51,638 nt of DNA. It comes from a virus (Duplodnaviria > Caudoviricetes). This document shows positions 39,061-48,324 of the stretch, piece after piece. Location of the stretch: IMG/VR virus record IMGVR_UViG_3300022862_000007, positions 1 to 51,638 of that record; one strand, 5' to 3'. Each line of letters starts with the position of its first letter. Positions within the stretch are counted from its first letter, which is position 1. The position numbers and the translations under genes are program-made. The notes under the pieces are model-generated. The model was not told the DNA's origin and did not search any database. It worked only from the letters and a program-made list of their open reading frames with translations.

Positions 39061-39132
39061 GCTATGAGAGCAATCGAGATGGGCAACGGTTCACTGTACT
39101 GAATCTCGATGCTTCTCATGGCTTTTTATTTT
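39061..39132 (+). promoter_or_regulatory. Long hairpin with U-tract in front of the lysis cassette
   Basis: GCTATGAGAGCAATCGAGAT...ATCTCGATGCTTCTCATGGC-TTTTTATTTT. Confidence 0.65.
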
Positions 39133-39158
39133 AAGGGACAAAGGAGAGGGTATAGGGC

Positions 39159-39416
39159 ATGAGTCAAGAAACAACCTTTCAACAAGCTGTTACTGTAGCT
39201 GACCATGAAAGACGGTTACAGGAATTAGAAAAAGACGTATCAACAATTAAACCAATCGTGTACAACACAGCTTCAAGTGTTAAACAAATCGAAAAATCTG
39301 TTGAAAAAATGGAACAGAACAGTGATAAAATCAAAGGTTATTTTTTAGCTGCTGCAATTAGTGGTGTCGTTGGAGTTTTATTTATAGCATTACAAAACTC
39401 AATTTTTGGAGGATGA
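39159..39416 (+). CDS. XhlA-like lysis accessory protein
   Basis: Coiled coil (DHERRLQELE) plus a single C-terminal TM; first gene of the lysis cassette. Confidence 0.75.
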   Translation: MSQETTFQQAVTVADHERRLQELEKDVSTIKPIVYNTASSVKQIEKSVEKMEQNSDKIKGYFLAAAISGVVGVLFIALQNSIFGG

Positions 39417-39420
39417 ATTC

Positions 39421-39678
39421 ATGAAAATTAACTGGAAAGTACGTTTAAAACACAAACCATTCTTAGTGGGAGCATTTGCTTTACTATTACTGTTAGTGCA
39501 ACAAATCGGTGCGCTATTCGGTTACGACACAACAATTTATAATGAGCGAGTTACAGAGTTATTTAACACTGTGCTCGCTTTTTTAGTGCTAATTGGCGTG
39601 GTTGTTGATCCGACTACAGAAGGTACGAGTGATAGCGAACAAGCTTTAAAATATGAAAAACCAAAGGATGATAAATGA
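39421..39678 (+). CDS. Holin (phiLC3 family)
   Basis: MKINWKVRLK, two TMs and GVVVDPTTEG.SDS.QAL.Y. Confidence 0.93.
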   Translation: MKINWKVRLKHKPFLVGAFALLLLLVQQIGALFGYDTTIYNERVTELFNTVLAFLVLIGVVVDPTTEGTSDSEQALKYEKPKDDK

Positions 39679-40394
39679 TGGTTTATACTTTCAAACAAAC
39701 CTTTCTACCTGCAAGCAAATATTCAATCAAAGCGCCATACTCAATGGTGCCTCAATATATCACAGTACACAATACAGCCAATGATGCACCAGCTGCTAAC
39801 GAAATTGCTTACATGATTAATAACAATAATCAAGTATCTTATCACGTGGCAATAGATGATAAAGAAGTTATTCAAGCTATTCCTTTCAACCGAAGTGCTT
39901 GGCACTGTGGTGATGGTGGAGGTAGTACCGACCCTAATGCACATAAAAAAGGCAATCGTATTTCTATTGGAGTAGAGATTTGCTACAGCAAAAGTGGTGG
40001 AGCTCGTTATGGAGTTGCAGAGGAAAACGCTGTTCAATACATTGCTAAGTTATTAAAGCAATATGGTTGGGGCATTGAGCGAGTGAAGAAACATCAGGAC
40101 TGGAACGGTAAGTATTGCCCGCACCGTATATTGGCAGAAGAACGTTGGAATAGTTTCTTGAAACGGATTGAAGAAGCAATGAAGCCAATGGAAATACAAA
40201 AACCAACCGAAAAGGATGATGATATTATGAAATTCACAAACTCAACAACAAAAGGTGCGGTACGTGATTTAATCAAACAAGCAGTGGACAAAGCGATCAT
40301 TGATAAGTCATGGCTTGATAAATTCGATCAAGGTACGATGACAAGTGGTGATTTTGAAGGTTTGAAGATTATTATTGAGCAACGTAGTAAATAA
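39675..40394 (+). CDS. Endolysin, N-acetylmuramoyl-L-alanine amidase (Amidase_2)
   Basis: ITVHNTAND, SYH, AWHCGDG, SIGVEIC and KHQDWNGKYCP. Confidence 0.95.
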   Translation: MMVYTFKQTFLPASKYSIKAPYSMVPQYITVHNTANDAPAANEIAYMINNNNQVSYHVAIDDKEVIQAIPFNRSAWHCGDGGGSTDPNAHKKGNRISIGVEICYSKSGGARYGVAEENAVQYIAKLLKQYGWGIERVKKHQDWNGKYCPHRILAEERWNSFLKRIEEAMKPMEIQKPTEKDDDIMKFTNSTTKGAVRDLIKQAVDKAIIDKSWLDKFDQGTMTSGDFEGLKIIIEQRSK

Positions 40395-40471
40395 TGTTAG
40401 TTTCAGTAAAATCGCTAAAACCAGCTCGGCTATTTTAGCTTTGCTGGTTTTTTTTGTATAGTACTCTACTA

Positions 40472-40756
40472 TTAATAATACACTAAATAGAGTATAAGTA
40501 ATAAAAAACAAAAAATAAATACACCAATAAATATTAAATTAAAGGTTTCTATATTTTTTTGATTATACTCTGGAGGTTGTTCAAGTGTAGTTGTAAATAT
40601 CTTTAGTGAAGGCGATTCCTCATCAATAATACCCTCCTTCGAAATTGGTGTTTTTTCAATCACTGTATTGCAATATTCACATACATATAAACTGTAATCA
40701 TCTTTATTTACTTTTATAAATGAATTATTGGCTAAACAATTAGGGCAATTATACAT
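40472..40756 (-). CDS. Zinc-ribbon protein with C-terminal membrane anchor
   Basis: CPNC..CEYC and terminal TM; GAGGTG RBS. Confidence 0.7.
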   Translation of the reverse strand: MYNCPNCLANNSFIKVNKDDYSLYVCEYCNTVIEKTPISKEGIIDEESPSLKIFTTTLEQPPEYNQKNIETFNLIFIGVFIFCFLLLILYLVYY

Positions 40757-40903
40757 TTTTATTCACCTCAATATATCTAACTACTATTTACCATTTTAGG
40801 TAATTAGATATGTTTTGTACATAGAAATAAAAGTCGGTCATCGATTTTATGGAAGGGATTTAACCTATAATGTAGAAATATCTGTAAAAAGGGGGCAGAT
40901 ATA

Positions 40904-41125
40904 ATGAGCTATGAAGTAATAGTACCAGTAAGATTTTTATTCAAACGCAAGCCTGACAATGTACCAATTATAGGTTTATCAAGCTTACATTTAACACACG
41001 AAGAACATGTAGCGCTAACAGACGATGTTGCTCTAAACCTTTTAAGAGAACAGGGTTACAACGTAATCAGAATGGTCCATAGAGATGAGAATATTATAGC
41101 TGTCAATTTCAAAGACAGATTTTAA
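40904..41125 (+). CDS. Hypothetical moron protein
   Basis: Own TATAAT, RBS AAGGGGG and a terminator after the stop. Confidence 0.7.
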   Translation: MSYEVIVPVRFLFKRKPDNVPIIGLSSLHLTHEEHVALTDDVALNLLREQGYNVIRMVHRDENIIAVNFKDRF

Positions 41126-41170
41126 AGGTTATCAAATATGATAGCCTTTTTTATTTCCAGAAATTTTATC

Positions 41171-41219
41171 TTGTCAAAATACAAACATCTGTTCTATTAT
41201 GTATACAAACAAGTGTACT
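41171..41219 (+). promoter_or_regulatory. Promoter with two imperfect LexA (SOS) boxes
   Basis: TTGTCA-18 bp-TATTAT; CAAACATCTGTTCT (41182-41195) and CAAACAAGTGTACT (41206-41219) versus the Bacillus consensus CGAACN4GTTCG. Confidence 0.65.
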
Positions 41220-41255
41220 TGTAAATGAGGAACATTTCACGTATTAGGAGGAACT

Positions 41256-41636
41256 GTGATGAGAGAACAACTGGTTAAAGCTATGCAGCGTAATCAAATT
41301 GCAAACATGATGTATATGGCTAAAGATGGTACAGTCTCAAAAAGACGTGTCAAGATTATCAAGGTGGTTGGCGAAAATTTTCAAGTTTACTGTTTTACCA
41401 AAAAAGCAAAACGTACATTTATGATTGATAACGTATTGGCGGTTGTTCCAGTCATCCACAAGAAACGTGAAGTCGTTAAAAAGGTGCTAGCAAAAGATAA
41501 AATAAAAATAGTAAAGTTGGAAAAGGTGAGTGAGTATTTTAGCAATCTAACCGTAAATGATGAAGTGATGAGATATGCTAATCAAGCGTTGAAGACACAG
41601 GTTGAAGAATTACTTATAAGTCATCAAAATAAATAA
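41256..41636 (+). CDS. Stand-alone WYL/YolD-like protein
   Basis: Y..KDG.VSKR.V......YCF.KKAKRTF.IDNVL is WYL-like. Confidence 0.75.
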   Translation: MMREQLVKAMQRNQIANMMYMAKDGTVSKRRVKIIKVVGENFQVYCFTKKAKRTFMIDNVLAVVPVIHKKREVVKKVLAKDKIKIVKLEKVSEYFSNLTVNDEVMRYANQALKTQVEELLISHQNK

Positions 41637-41662
41637 CCAGGTACTCATATGAGTACCTGGTT
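41635..41662. terminator. Perfect 28-bp palindrome between convergent genes
   Basis: AACCAGGTACTCATATGAGTACCTGGTT. Confidence 0.6.
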
Positions 41663-41668
41663 GTCCAG

Positions 41669-42319
41669 TTATTCTTCAGTTATTTTTGTTAATATATAAG
41701 CTTTTTCAATATCCGATTGATATTTTTGTAACAAACTAAAGAAAACCTCTATAATTTCGGTTGAAAGTAAAGTTTCTTTATTTAATATTTGTTTAAAGGA
41801 ATTATAAGTATGTTTTTTACCAACAAAGAATTCAATCAAATACTCAAAAAAAGTAACAATATTCCAAATATCGTCTTTCTCATACTCTGTATTAAATTTA
41901 TTGTTTACTGATTTCTTAAATATATTTGGAGATCGATGTATTCTTCTAATCATCATAGTATTGATTAATTCTTCAATTATAAAATGAATTTGATCGATAT
42001 CAAAATTTGATACTTTTAATGAGTGTTCTCTTAAACCCCATTTATTATTTAAATATTTCTTCAACGCATTAATTAAAATGGATTCATCTACATTATTCTC
42101 TATAACAGTATCAAGAGTTTCCATATTATTTTTTAAATAAAAATCAGATAATTGGAACAACAATTCGTCTAGAAATTGGTCTATCTCTGAATCGTCTACA
42201 TCACTGGATTCATAATCACTAAGCCCTAAACTACTCAATATTTTTATTTGTCCATTCCATCCACTTACTTTAAATATTTGATCAAAATCTTTCAGTTTTT
42301 GTCCCAAATTTTTATCCAT
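41669..42319 (-). CDS. Hypothetical helical protein, gene 3 of the nitrilase operon
   Basis: 216 aa, RBS GAGAGG, 35 nt after the preceding gene. Confidence 0.8.
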   Translation of the reverse strand: MDKNLGQKLKDFDQIFKVSGWNGQIKILSSLGLSDYESSDVDDSEIDQFLDELLFQLSDFYLKNNMETLDTVIENNVDESILINALKKYLNNKWGLREHSLKVSNFDIDQIHFIIEELINTMMIRRIHRSPNIFKKSVNNKFNTEYEKDDIWNIVTFFEYLIEFFVGKKHTYNSFKQILNKETLLSTEIIEVFFSLLQKYQSDIEKAYILTKITEE

Positions 42320-42354
42320 CTAATCCATCCTCTCATTACTTTTCAATATATAAT

Positions 42355-43026
42355 TTAATTTTCACAATCATCTTCATTATAATCAGCAATGAAAAATGGT
42401 TTGATTTCACTACCTTTAATGTACTTGTTTTTAGATAAATTATTATCCTCAATCTGCTTCTCATCTTTATAAGCAGCAAATTGGAATTCTCCATCATATA
42501 AAATATGCCTCTTCTTTTTATGTATTAAATTGATTACTTCACTCCCTTTATAACTTAATGTACGTAAATGAAAATTAGATAATTGATTAGAAATTACTAA
42601 TTCTTTATTTTCTAATTCATTCCAATGGTTACTGGATTCTTCCAGCATGTAGTTTTCATTAGATTCCAATTTAGAAATTATTTCTTTTTTAGAGTATAAT
42701 TCTAACAATAAATTAACTTCTTTATCTGTTAATTCATTCACAAAATGGTCGAAATCTATAATTTTTTTTATTTGTCCAATCATTTGTGATGTTCCACTTA
42801 ATTTTCCTAAATAAAAGCTCTTTTTATCTTTAATTTCTTGAAACGGTAGTTTATCATCTATAATTGTCTTTATCTTCTCAATTACTTTCATGTTCTGATC
42901 ATTCAAATCTATAGATATAAGAGATAACAAGATATTTACTTGTGTATCAAAATCTGTATTGAAACTATCGCATTTTTTTAAAGTCTGAATAATCGAAAAA
43001 GTATCTTCAAGGATTTTACGATCCAT
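42355..43026 (-). CDS. Protein with degenerate MarR-like winged helix, gene 2 of the operon
   Basis: LTDKEVNLLLELY...LENKELVIS...RTLSYKGSEVI; RBS AAGGAG. Confidence 0.65.
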   Translation of the reverse strand: MDRKILEDTFSIIQTLKKCDSFNTDFDTQVNILLSLISIDLNDQNMKVIEKIKTIIDDKLPFQEIKDKKSFYLGKLSGTSQMIGQIKKIIDFDHFVNELTDKEVNLLLELYSKKEIISKLESNENYMLEESSNHWNELENKELVISNQLSNFHLRTLSYKGSEVINLIHKKKRHILYDGEFQFAAYKDEKQIEDNNLSKNKYIKGSEIKPFFIADYNEDDCEN

Positions 43027-43040
43027 TAGTTTTAACTCCT

Positions 43041-44537
43041 TTAAAATATTTCACTAATACTTTTTACTTCTGAAAAGCTATTTGTGGTATATGGTTTATT
43101 AATTCCTGGCAGATTAATTACATTTTTAACAGCTTTACTACCGTTATTACCTATTATTACAACAGCTTTATTTTTCTCAGAGAGCTCTTGAAACCTCCGT
43201 TTAAATTTCCCACTATCTGGTTTTGGTGTCATAGCCATTACAAATATTATATCCACAAGCCTATCTTCTAAAACCTCGGCAATTTCGTCAATGATAAAAT
43301 CAATGCAAATTAAAATTGCTATTCTCCCTAAAGAAGTGTCAAAAATTGTAATATCTTTATTTGTAAATGATATTTTTTCATATCCATCATGTTTTTTAAA
43401 AGATTCTAAAATCCCTGTGTGGTTTTCATCTTTTTTAATAATAAACTGATTTTGTTTATAAATCATCTCTACAAGCTCTCCAGAACTATTTATTACCCTA
43501 GAAACATTAAAGATGTAAGTGTTATTGTGATCCCATGAATGAAAACTACCCGGAAAGACCATCAATAAATTTACCGGTTCGTCTTTCATAGTTTTCCTAA
43601 AATAATAGTCATCTATTTCTTGTTGAATTTTTTCTTGAAGGTCTACAGGAGTAAATAATTCAGGTAGTATGATAAAGTGAGGGTTACTTTCTAGTAATTC
43701 CTTTACTTTCTTTGTAATTATTTCACAGTACTCATTTTTATTATTTATTCCATTAAAGTAAAAGAGTTTGCTAGTATTACTACTCTCTTCTATACACCAA
43801 TCATAATCATCTACAGTAAAATCCCCTGATAAGAAACCTATTTTTAGGTCCTCTATGTCATTATTTTTAAAACTTTTGGAAGTTCCGAAATCCAAGTATC
43901 TATGTTTGATATAGTTATCAGCACTTACTTTCTTTGAAAGGTGCAAGTTATTTAAAAAGTATCTTAATTTAAGTCTATTAGGATCAGTATGAGGTACTTC
44001 TTTTCTAATATTAAAAACATAATCAGCAACTTTGGATTTTAATCTTAATAATAAAACACCCCTTTTAGTTGGAAAATGTGATTCATTAATTATCTCATTA
44101 TCGATATAGTCAAGTAGAATACTAAAATAATTATCAAGTGTTCTAATCCAAAAAACTACTCTTAATAATAAAGAATTATTGTTCTTTTGAGTCTTTAAAT
44201 CTTCTTTAATAATATATAAGCTCTGGGAACTTATATATTTATATTCATTGGAAGAGTATGGTTTTTCTGAAATATGATTATTCCATGTCTGATTAATTTC
44301 CATAGTGTGTCTTCTAATTTCTCTTGGATCAATAAAATTCAATTCAGAATTAAAATCTTTAAAGTTACTCCCATCTACTAAATAACATAAATTAGCAAAC
44401 ATATCTAATAGTGAAGCAAAATTTGAGTTGGCCTTACATTCGCAATAACTATACTCACATTGGATATTCCCTTTCAAAATATCTATACTTACACACTGGT
44501 TACAAAATAAACTATCTACAAGCTTATTGATATCCAT
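43041..44537 (-). CDS. Carbon-nitrogen hydrolase (nitrilase-fold) protein with unknown N-terminal domain
   Basis: Catalytic triad motifs FIILPEL (E), YKQN (K) and GRIAILICIDF (C), plus PGSFH. Confidence 0.82.
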   Translation of the reverse strand: MDINKLVDSLFCNQCVSIDILKGNIQCEYSYCECKANSNFASLLDMFANLCYLVDGSNFKDFNSELNFIDPREIRRHTMEINQTWNNHISEKPYSSNEYKYISSQSLYIIKEDLKTQKNNNSLLLRVVFWIRTLDNYFSILLDYIDNEIINESHFPTKRGVLLLRLKSKVADYVFNIRKEVPHTDPNRLKLRYFLNNLHLSKKVSADNYIKHRYLDFGTSKSFKNNDIEDLKIGFLSGDFTVDDYDWCIEESSNTSKLFYFNGINNKNEYCEIITKKVKELLESNPHFIILPELFTPVDLQEKIQQEIDDYYFRKTMKDEPVNLLMVFPGSFHSWDHNNTYIFNVSRVINSSGELVEMIYKQNQFIIKKDENHTGILESFKKHDGYEKISFTNKDITIFDTSLGRIAILICIDFIIDEIAEVLEDRLVDIIFVMAMTPKPDSGKFKRRFQELSEKNKAVVIIGNNGSKAVKNVINLPGINKPYTTNSFSEVKSISEIF

Positions 44538-44768
44538 AATCTTCTCTTCTCCTTAAACTGAATGAAAAGTAAATTTAATTATTGGGCACTAAATATTGAA
44601 CTTTATAATAATACTAATTTAACATAAAATCAGACTTCATATCCACTATGTACCAAATACTTAACTTGCAGAAATTTCCTTTAAATGATATTCGAAAAAC
44701 TACTATAGTTTATAATTATGTAAAAATTTATGTCTGGAATATTTGATCTTAAAAAACATCAAGGGAGC

Positions 44769-44816
44769 AACGCTGAAGTAAAAATCAGAAATAGAGTAGA
44801 TGATTACTTCAGCGTT
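44769..44816. repeat. 13-bp perfect inverted repeat
   Basis: AACGCTGAAGTAA-22 nt-TTACTTCAGCGTT. Confidence 0.7.
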
Positions 44817-45335
44817 TACCTGATTACAACCGTAGAAGATAATGTTCCTTAGAATAGTTAGGTATTAAGACACGAGTGTATAAAATATTTTTTAAGTATT
44901 AAGTTTTATTTGAATATAAGTTATTATTCTCAATTGGAATAAAGTCATGTACAGTTGCCTGGTTAGCGATTTTAAATAGTTGACTCCAGGTGTGAAAAAT
45001 TACTTAAAGGTTGTACTATAAACAAAACTACTTATTTTATTATTTTCACACTTATTGTCTTTGCGTTTGGAGGTAGCATTGACTTTCACTTCTTTTTAGA
45101 GAGAAGGATGGAGATGCTGAGTTTGTCGTTTATTTAGTGCCACGTTTTATATAGTAACAATGCAGTCAGCTCCAGTGGTGAATTTGCATATTAAATTTCT
45201 GATCCATCATGTTCTTTCTTTTTTGGTACCTATTTCTTTTTATATTCGTAAATACCTCATCGGAATTTTTATAAATAATACAATTATACCAATTATAAGC
45301 ATTTTATGTATAATTATTTTGAAGGAGGGAGATTT

Positions 45336-46550
45336 ATGAAGAAAATAACTTTAACAATTTTAGCTCTAATTTTAGTAGTTGCATTTGCTTTACCTATTCA
45401 AACAATTGCAGCTAAAAACAACGAAATGAAAATCCATTTCATTGATGTTGGTCAAGGAGATTCGACGCTTATTCAATCTCACGATGGAAAGAATATTTTA
45501 GTAGATGGAGGACCAAAATCAGCAGGAAAGACTGTTGTCAATTACCTAAAATCAAAAGGTATTAAAAAGCTAGACTTTGTAGTAGCAACCCATCCTGATG
45601 CTGATCATGTTGGTGGATTAATATCGGTATTAAACTCAATTTCTGTTGGTAAGTTTGTGAATAGTGGTAAATCTCATACTACAGAAACATACACTCAACT
45701 TTTAAAACTTGTAGAGCAAAAAAATATTAAGTATATAGAACCTAAAATAGGTGAAATTTTAATAGGTGATTGGACTTCTGATTTTTACTTACAATCGTTA
45801 TATTCCGATGCCAAAGCAGTAGATACAAATGATGCTTCAATTGTATTAAAAACAGGATATAAAAACGTTGAATTTTTGCTAATGGCAGATGCAAGTAAAG
45901 ACTTGGAAGAATTACTTACCAATTCTTTTGATTCTTTAAATGTACAGATTTTGAAAGCTGGGCATCACGGTTCTAATACAAGTACATCATCAAAATTTTT
46001 AAAAGCAGTTAAACCTGAAGTAACAATATTAAGCTATGGTAAGGATAATAGCTATGGTCATCCACATAATGAGGTTTTAACTAATCTAATGAGCGCGGGA
46101 AGTAAAGTGTATTCAACAGCTCAAGACGGTACAATCGTAATTACAACTAATGGTAAGACCTATAATGTTGCTGCTAAGGAGTTCAACGTACCAGAGTCAA
46201 AACCTTCTCAGCAGAAGCCTGAAACAAAACCTACAGAACCAGTCAAAGAATCCTTTAAAAACTGTTCAGAAATGCGAGCTGTTTATCCGGGAGGCGTAAT
46301 GAGTGGTCACCCAGCTTATGAATCACAACATGATGCAGATAATGATGGATGGGCATGTGAACCAGTGGAGGATAGCTACACAGAAAAACCAACTACAACT
46401 CCTATAACAACACCAAGTGAACCTTCAAGAGAGAGTTTTAAAAATTGTACAGAACTAAGAAAAGTGTATCCTGACGGAGTTAATTCATCGCATCCAGCAT
46501 ACGATAAGAAACATGATCGAGATGGAGACGGTTTGGCTTGTGAGAGATAA
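45336..46550 (+). CDS. Secreted ComEC/Rec2-like metallo-beta-lactamase-fold hydrolase (probable nuclease) with two Excalibur domains
   Basis: Signal peptide; IDVGQGDS, THPDADHVGG, NDASIV, GHHGS and YGHPH; two C-terminal NC.E.R...HD.D.DG.ACE repeats. Confidence 0.9.
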   Translation: MKKITLTILALILVVAFALPIQTIAAKNNEMKIHFIDVGQGDSTLIQSHDGKNILVDGGPKSAGKTVVNYLKSKGIKKLDFVVATHPDADHVGGLISVLNSISVGKFVNSGKSHTTETYTQLLKLVEQKNIKYIEPKIGEILIGDWTSDFYLQSLYSDAKAVDTNDASIVLKTGYKNVEFLLMADASKDLEELLTNSFDSLNVQILKAGHHGSNTSTSSKFLKAVKPEVTILSYGKDNSYGHPHNEVLTNLMSAGSKVYSTAQDGTIVITTNGKTYNVAAKEFNVPESKPSQQKPETKPTEPVKESFKNCSEMRAVYPGGVMSGHPAYESQHDADNDGWACEPVEDSYTEKPTTTPITTPSEPSRESFKNCTELRKVYPDGVNSSHPAYDKKHDRDGDGLACER

Positions 46551-46585
46551 ATAATAGAATAAATATTATAGGAATGATAGTTTAA

Positions 46586-47107
46586 ATGAATAGTGTTTAT
46601 TATTTTGTCTTGATTTTAGGAATACTTGTAGGTGTTCCAATTGGGGCCAGCTTACTAAGCTTCTTTACATCTCATTCTTTTTATAAAAAAAATATAAATA
46701 AATATGAGAATTTAATAAATAAATTAGTAAATGTTATTTTAATAATCTTGTTGTATGTCTTAAATTATTTCTTGTTATATATTATTAATGAGCATGTAAT
46801 AAGTATCCATATTAACGTTAAAATATTATTTGTTTTATTACCTTTATTTTGTTTTTATTTATTTAAACAACGTTGGTACAAAAATTTTTTATTAAATATT
46901 TCATTTAAAATTATTTTAAGTTTAATGGCATTCGTAGCAATCTTTTGTTTCACTATTGCTATGTATTGTTATTGTATATCTATAATTGAAAACGATCATG
47001 TTTCTAAAGCTAGTCATTTTATATCAGTATGTGCTTTGGCAATGGCATTTGTTATTGCTTTATTGCAATTTAATCAAGCAGATGAAAATAGAAGAAAAGA
47101 TAATTAG
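46586..47107 (+). CDS. Five-TM membrane protein
   Basis: Very hydrophobic, AT-rich 173-aa ORF. Confidence 0.7.
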   Translation: MNSVYYFVLILGILVGVPIGASLLSFFTSHSFYKKNINKYENLINKLVNVILIILLYVLNYFLLYIINEHVISIHINVKILFVLLPLFCFYLFKQRWYKNFLLNISFKIILSLMAFVAIFCFTIAMYCYCISIIENDHVSKASHFISVCALAMAFVIALLQFNQADENRRKDN

Positions 47108-47173
47108 TTTTATTGTAAATTTAATGATTTCAAAATATTAATTGATATAATTTGTTATTTAATATATTAGGGA

Positions 47174-47746
47174 ATGGAGATTTATATGGCGTTTTTTGGG
47201 GGATGTATTGATTCTACACAGTTAAAAACCGTTCTAAAGAAATTATTAGAAGGGGACTTTCTAATAGAACTTAGGCACGCTTTAAATATTGAGGATGTTA
47301 ATTTACCTATTAAAATAGACGCCAATATTTTTGGTTCACCAGCGTCTTGTATTCCAAATAAAAATAAGACAAGTCTTATAAGAGTGGAATTTCTAGTTGA
47401 ACCTTTAACTAAGGAAAGTGAGCGATTGTTTGGAAGAATCTTTGATCAACATCTTGTAGATATTGCTTCAGAGCTTTTTTTGAAATTTATTATTGCTCAT
47501 GAATTCTACCATGTAAAACAGTTTATGAAATTAGGATATTCAATAGAGGATTATTTCAGTATAAGTGATTATTCAAAACGACCAGAGGAACATGAAGCAA
47601 ATGGTTTTGCTATCGGATATTTATTAAAAGGCGCGGATGACTTTACAAAGGAAATTATAAACTGTATAACAAATCAACATTTTGATAATGATTCAGCTAG
47701 TGTTTTTTGTGATAAATACAAGGGGTATTGTGTTAATACACAATAA
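47174..47746 (+). CDS. Zincin-like HExxH protein
   Basis: IIAHEFYHVKQ and PEEHEANGFA. Confidence 0.75.
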   Translation: MEIYMAFFGGCIDSTQLKTVLKKLLEGDFLIELRHALNIEDVNLPIKIDANIFGSPASCIPNKNKTSLIRVEFLVEPLTKESERLFGRIFDQHLVDIASELFLKFIIAHEFYHVKQFMKLGYSIEDYFSISDYSKRPEEHEANGFAIGYLLKGADDFTKEIINCITNQHFDNDSASVFCDKYKGYCVNTQ

Positions 47747-48324
47747 TTGAAGACCACTTCATACCTAAAAGAGGTCTAGTTTATAGAAACAAATAAATGA
47801 CTATAAAAGTAAATGACTAAAAATTGTTAATCAAATTAAAAGGAGAGAGTTAAAATTTTGTATTGGTTAAAACAAATTAAATGATATGTACTAAAATAGA
47901 AAAGATGAAAAATGTCCATCTTGTGTTGCTTTAGAGTTGAGGGTGGCTTTGACATATTTTTATTGGTTCAAATAAAGTTATTTTATATCAAGAACAAGAA
48001 AATTATTAATCAGTTAGAGCCTAGAAGATGACGAATTATTAAAATATAGAAGACAAATAATATAAAAGTATGAGAAATAGAATGATATTCTTAGAGCAAG
48101 GCCACTCTGTTATGAGTGGTCTTTTGTTATTTAAAGTAGGAGAAACAGAAAATACAGCATAGCGTAACTTTCTAAAACTAGTTGAAGAGTGTAGGAGTCT
48201 TTCTCGATTAATCTAGTAAGTAATTTGAATTAAATAGAATGTTTTTTTGTAGTTAGAATGTATTTCTTAATTAGTATTAATATGGTAACTTTGGAATGTA
48301 CATATATTTTATATATAAGGAGAG

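Noticed and set aside
45336-46550. True comEC or an antibiotic-resistance beta-lactamase
   Set aside because: Lacks the multi-TM competence channel; motifs are of the ComEC/Rec2 hydrolase type, not class B beta-lactamase.
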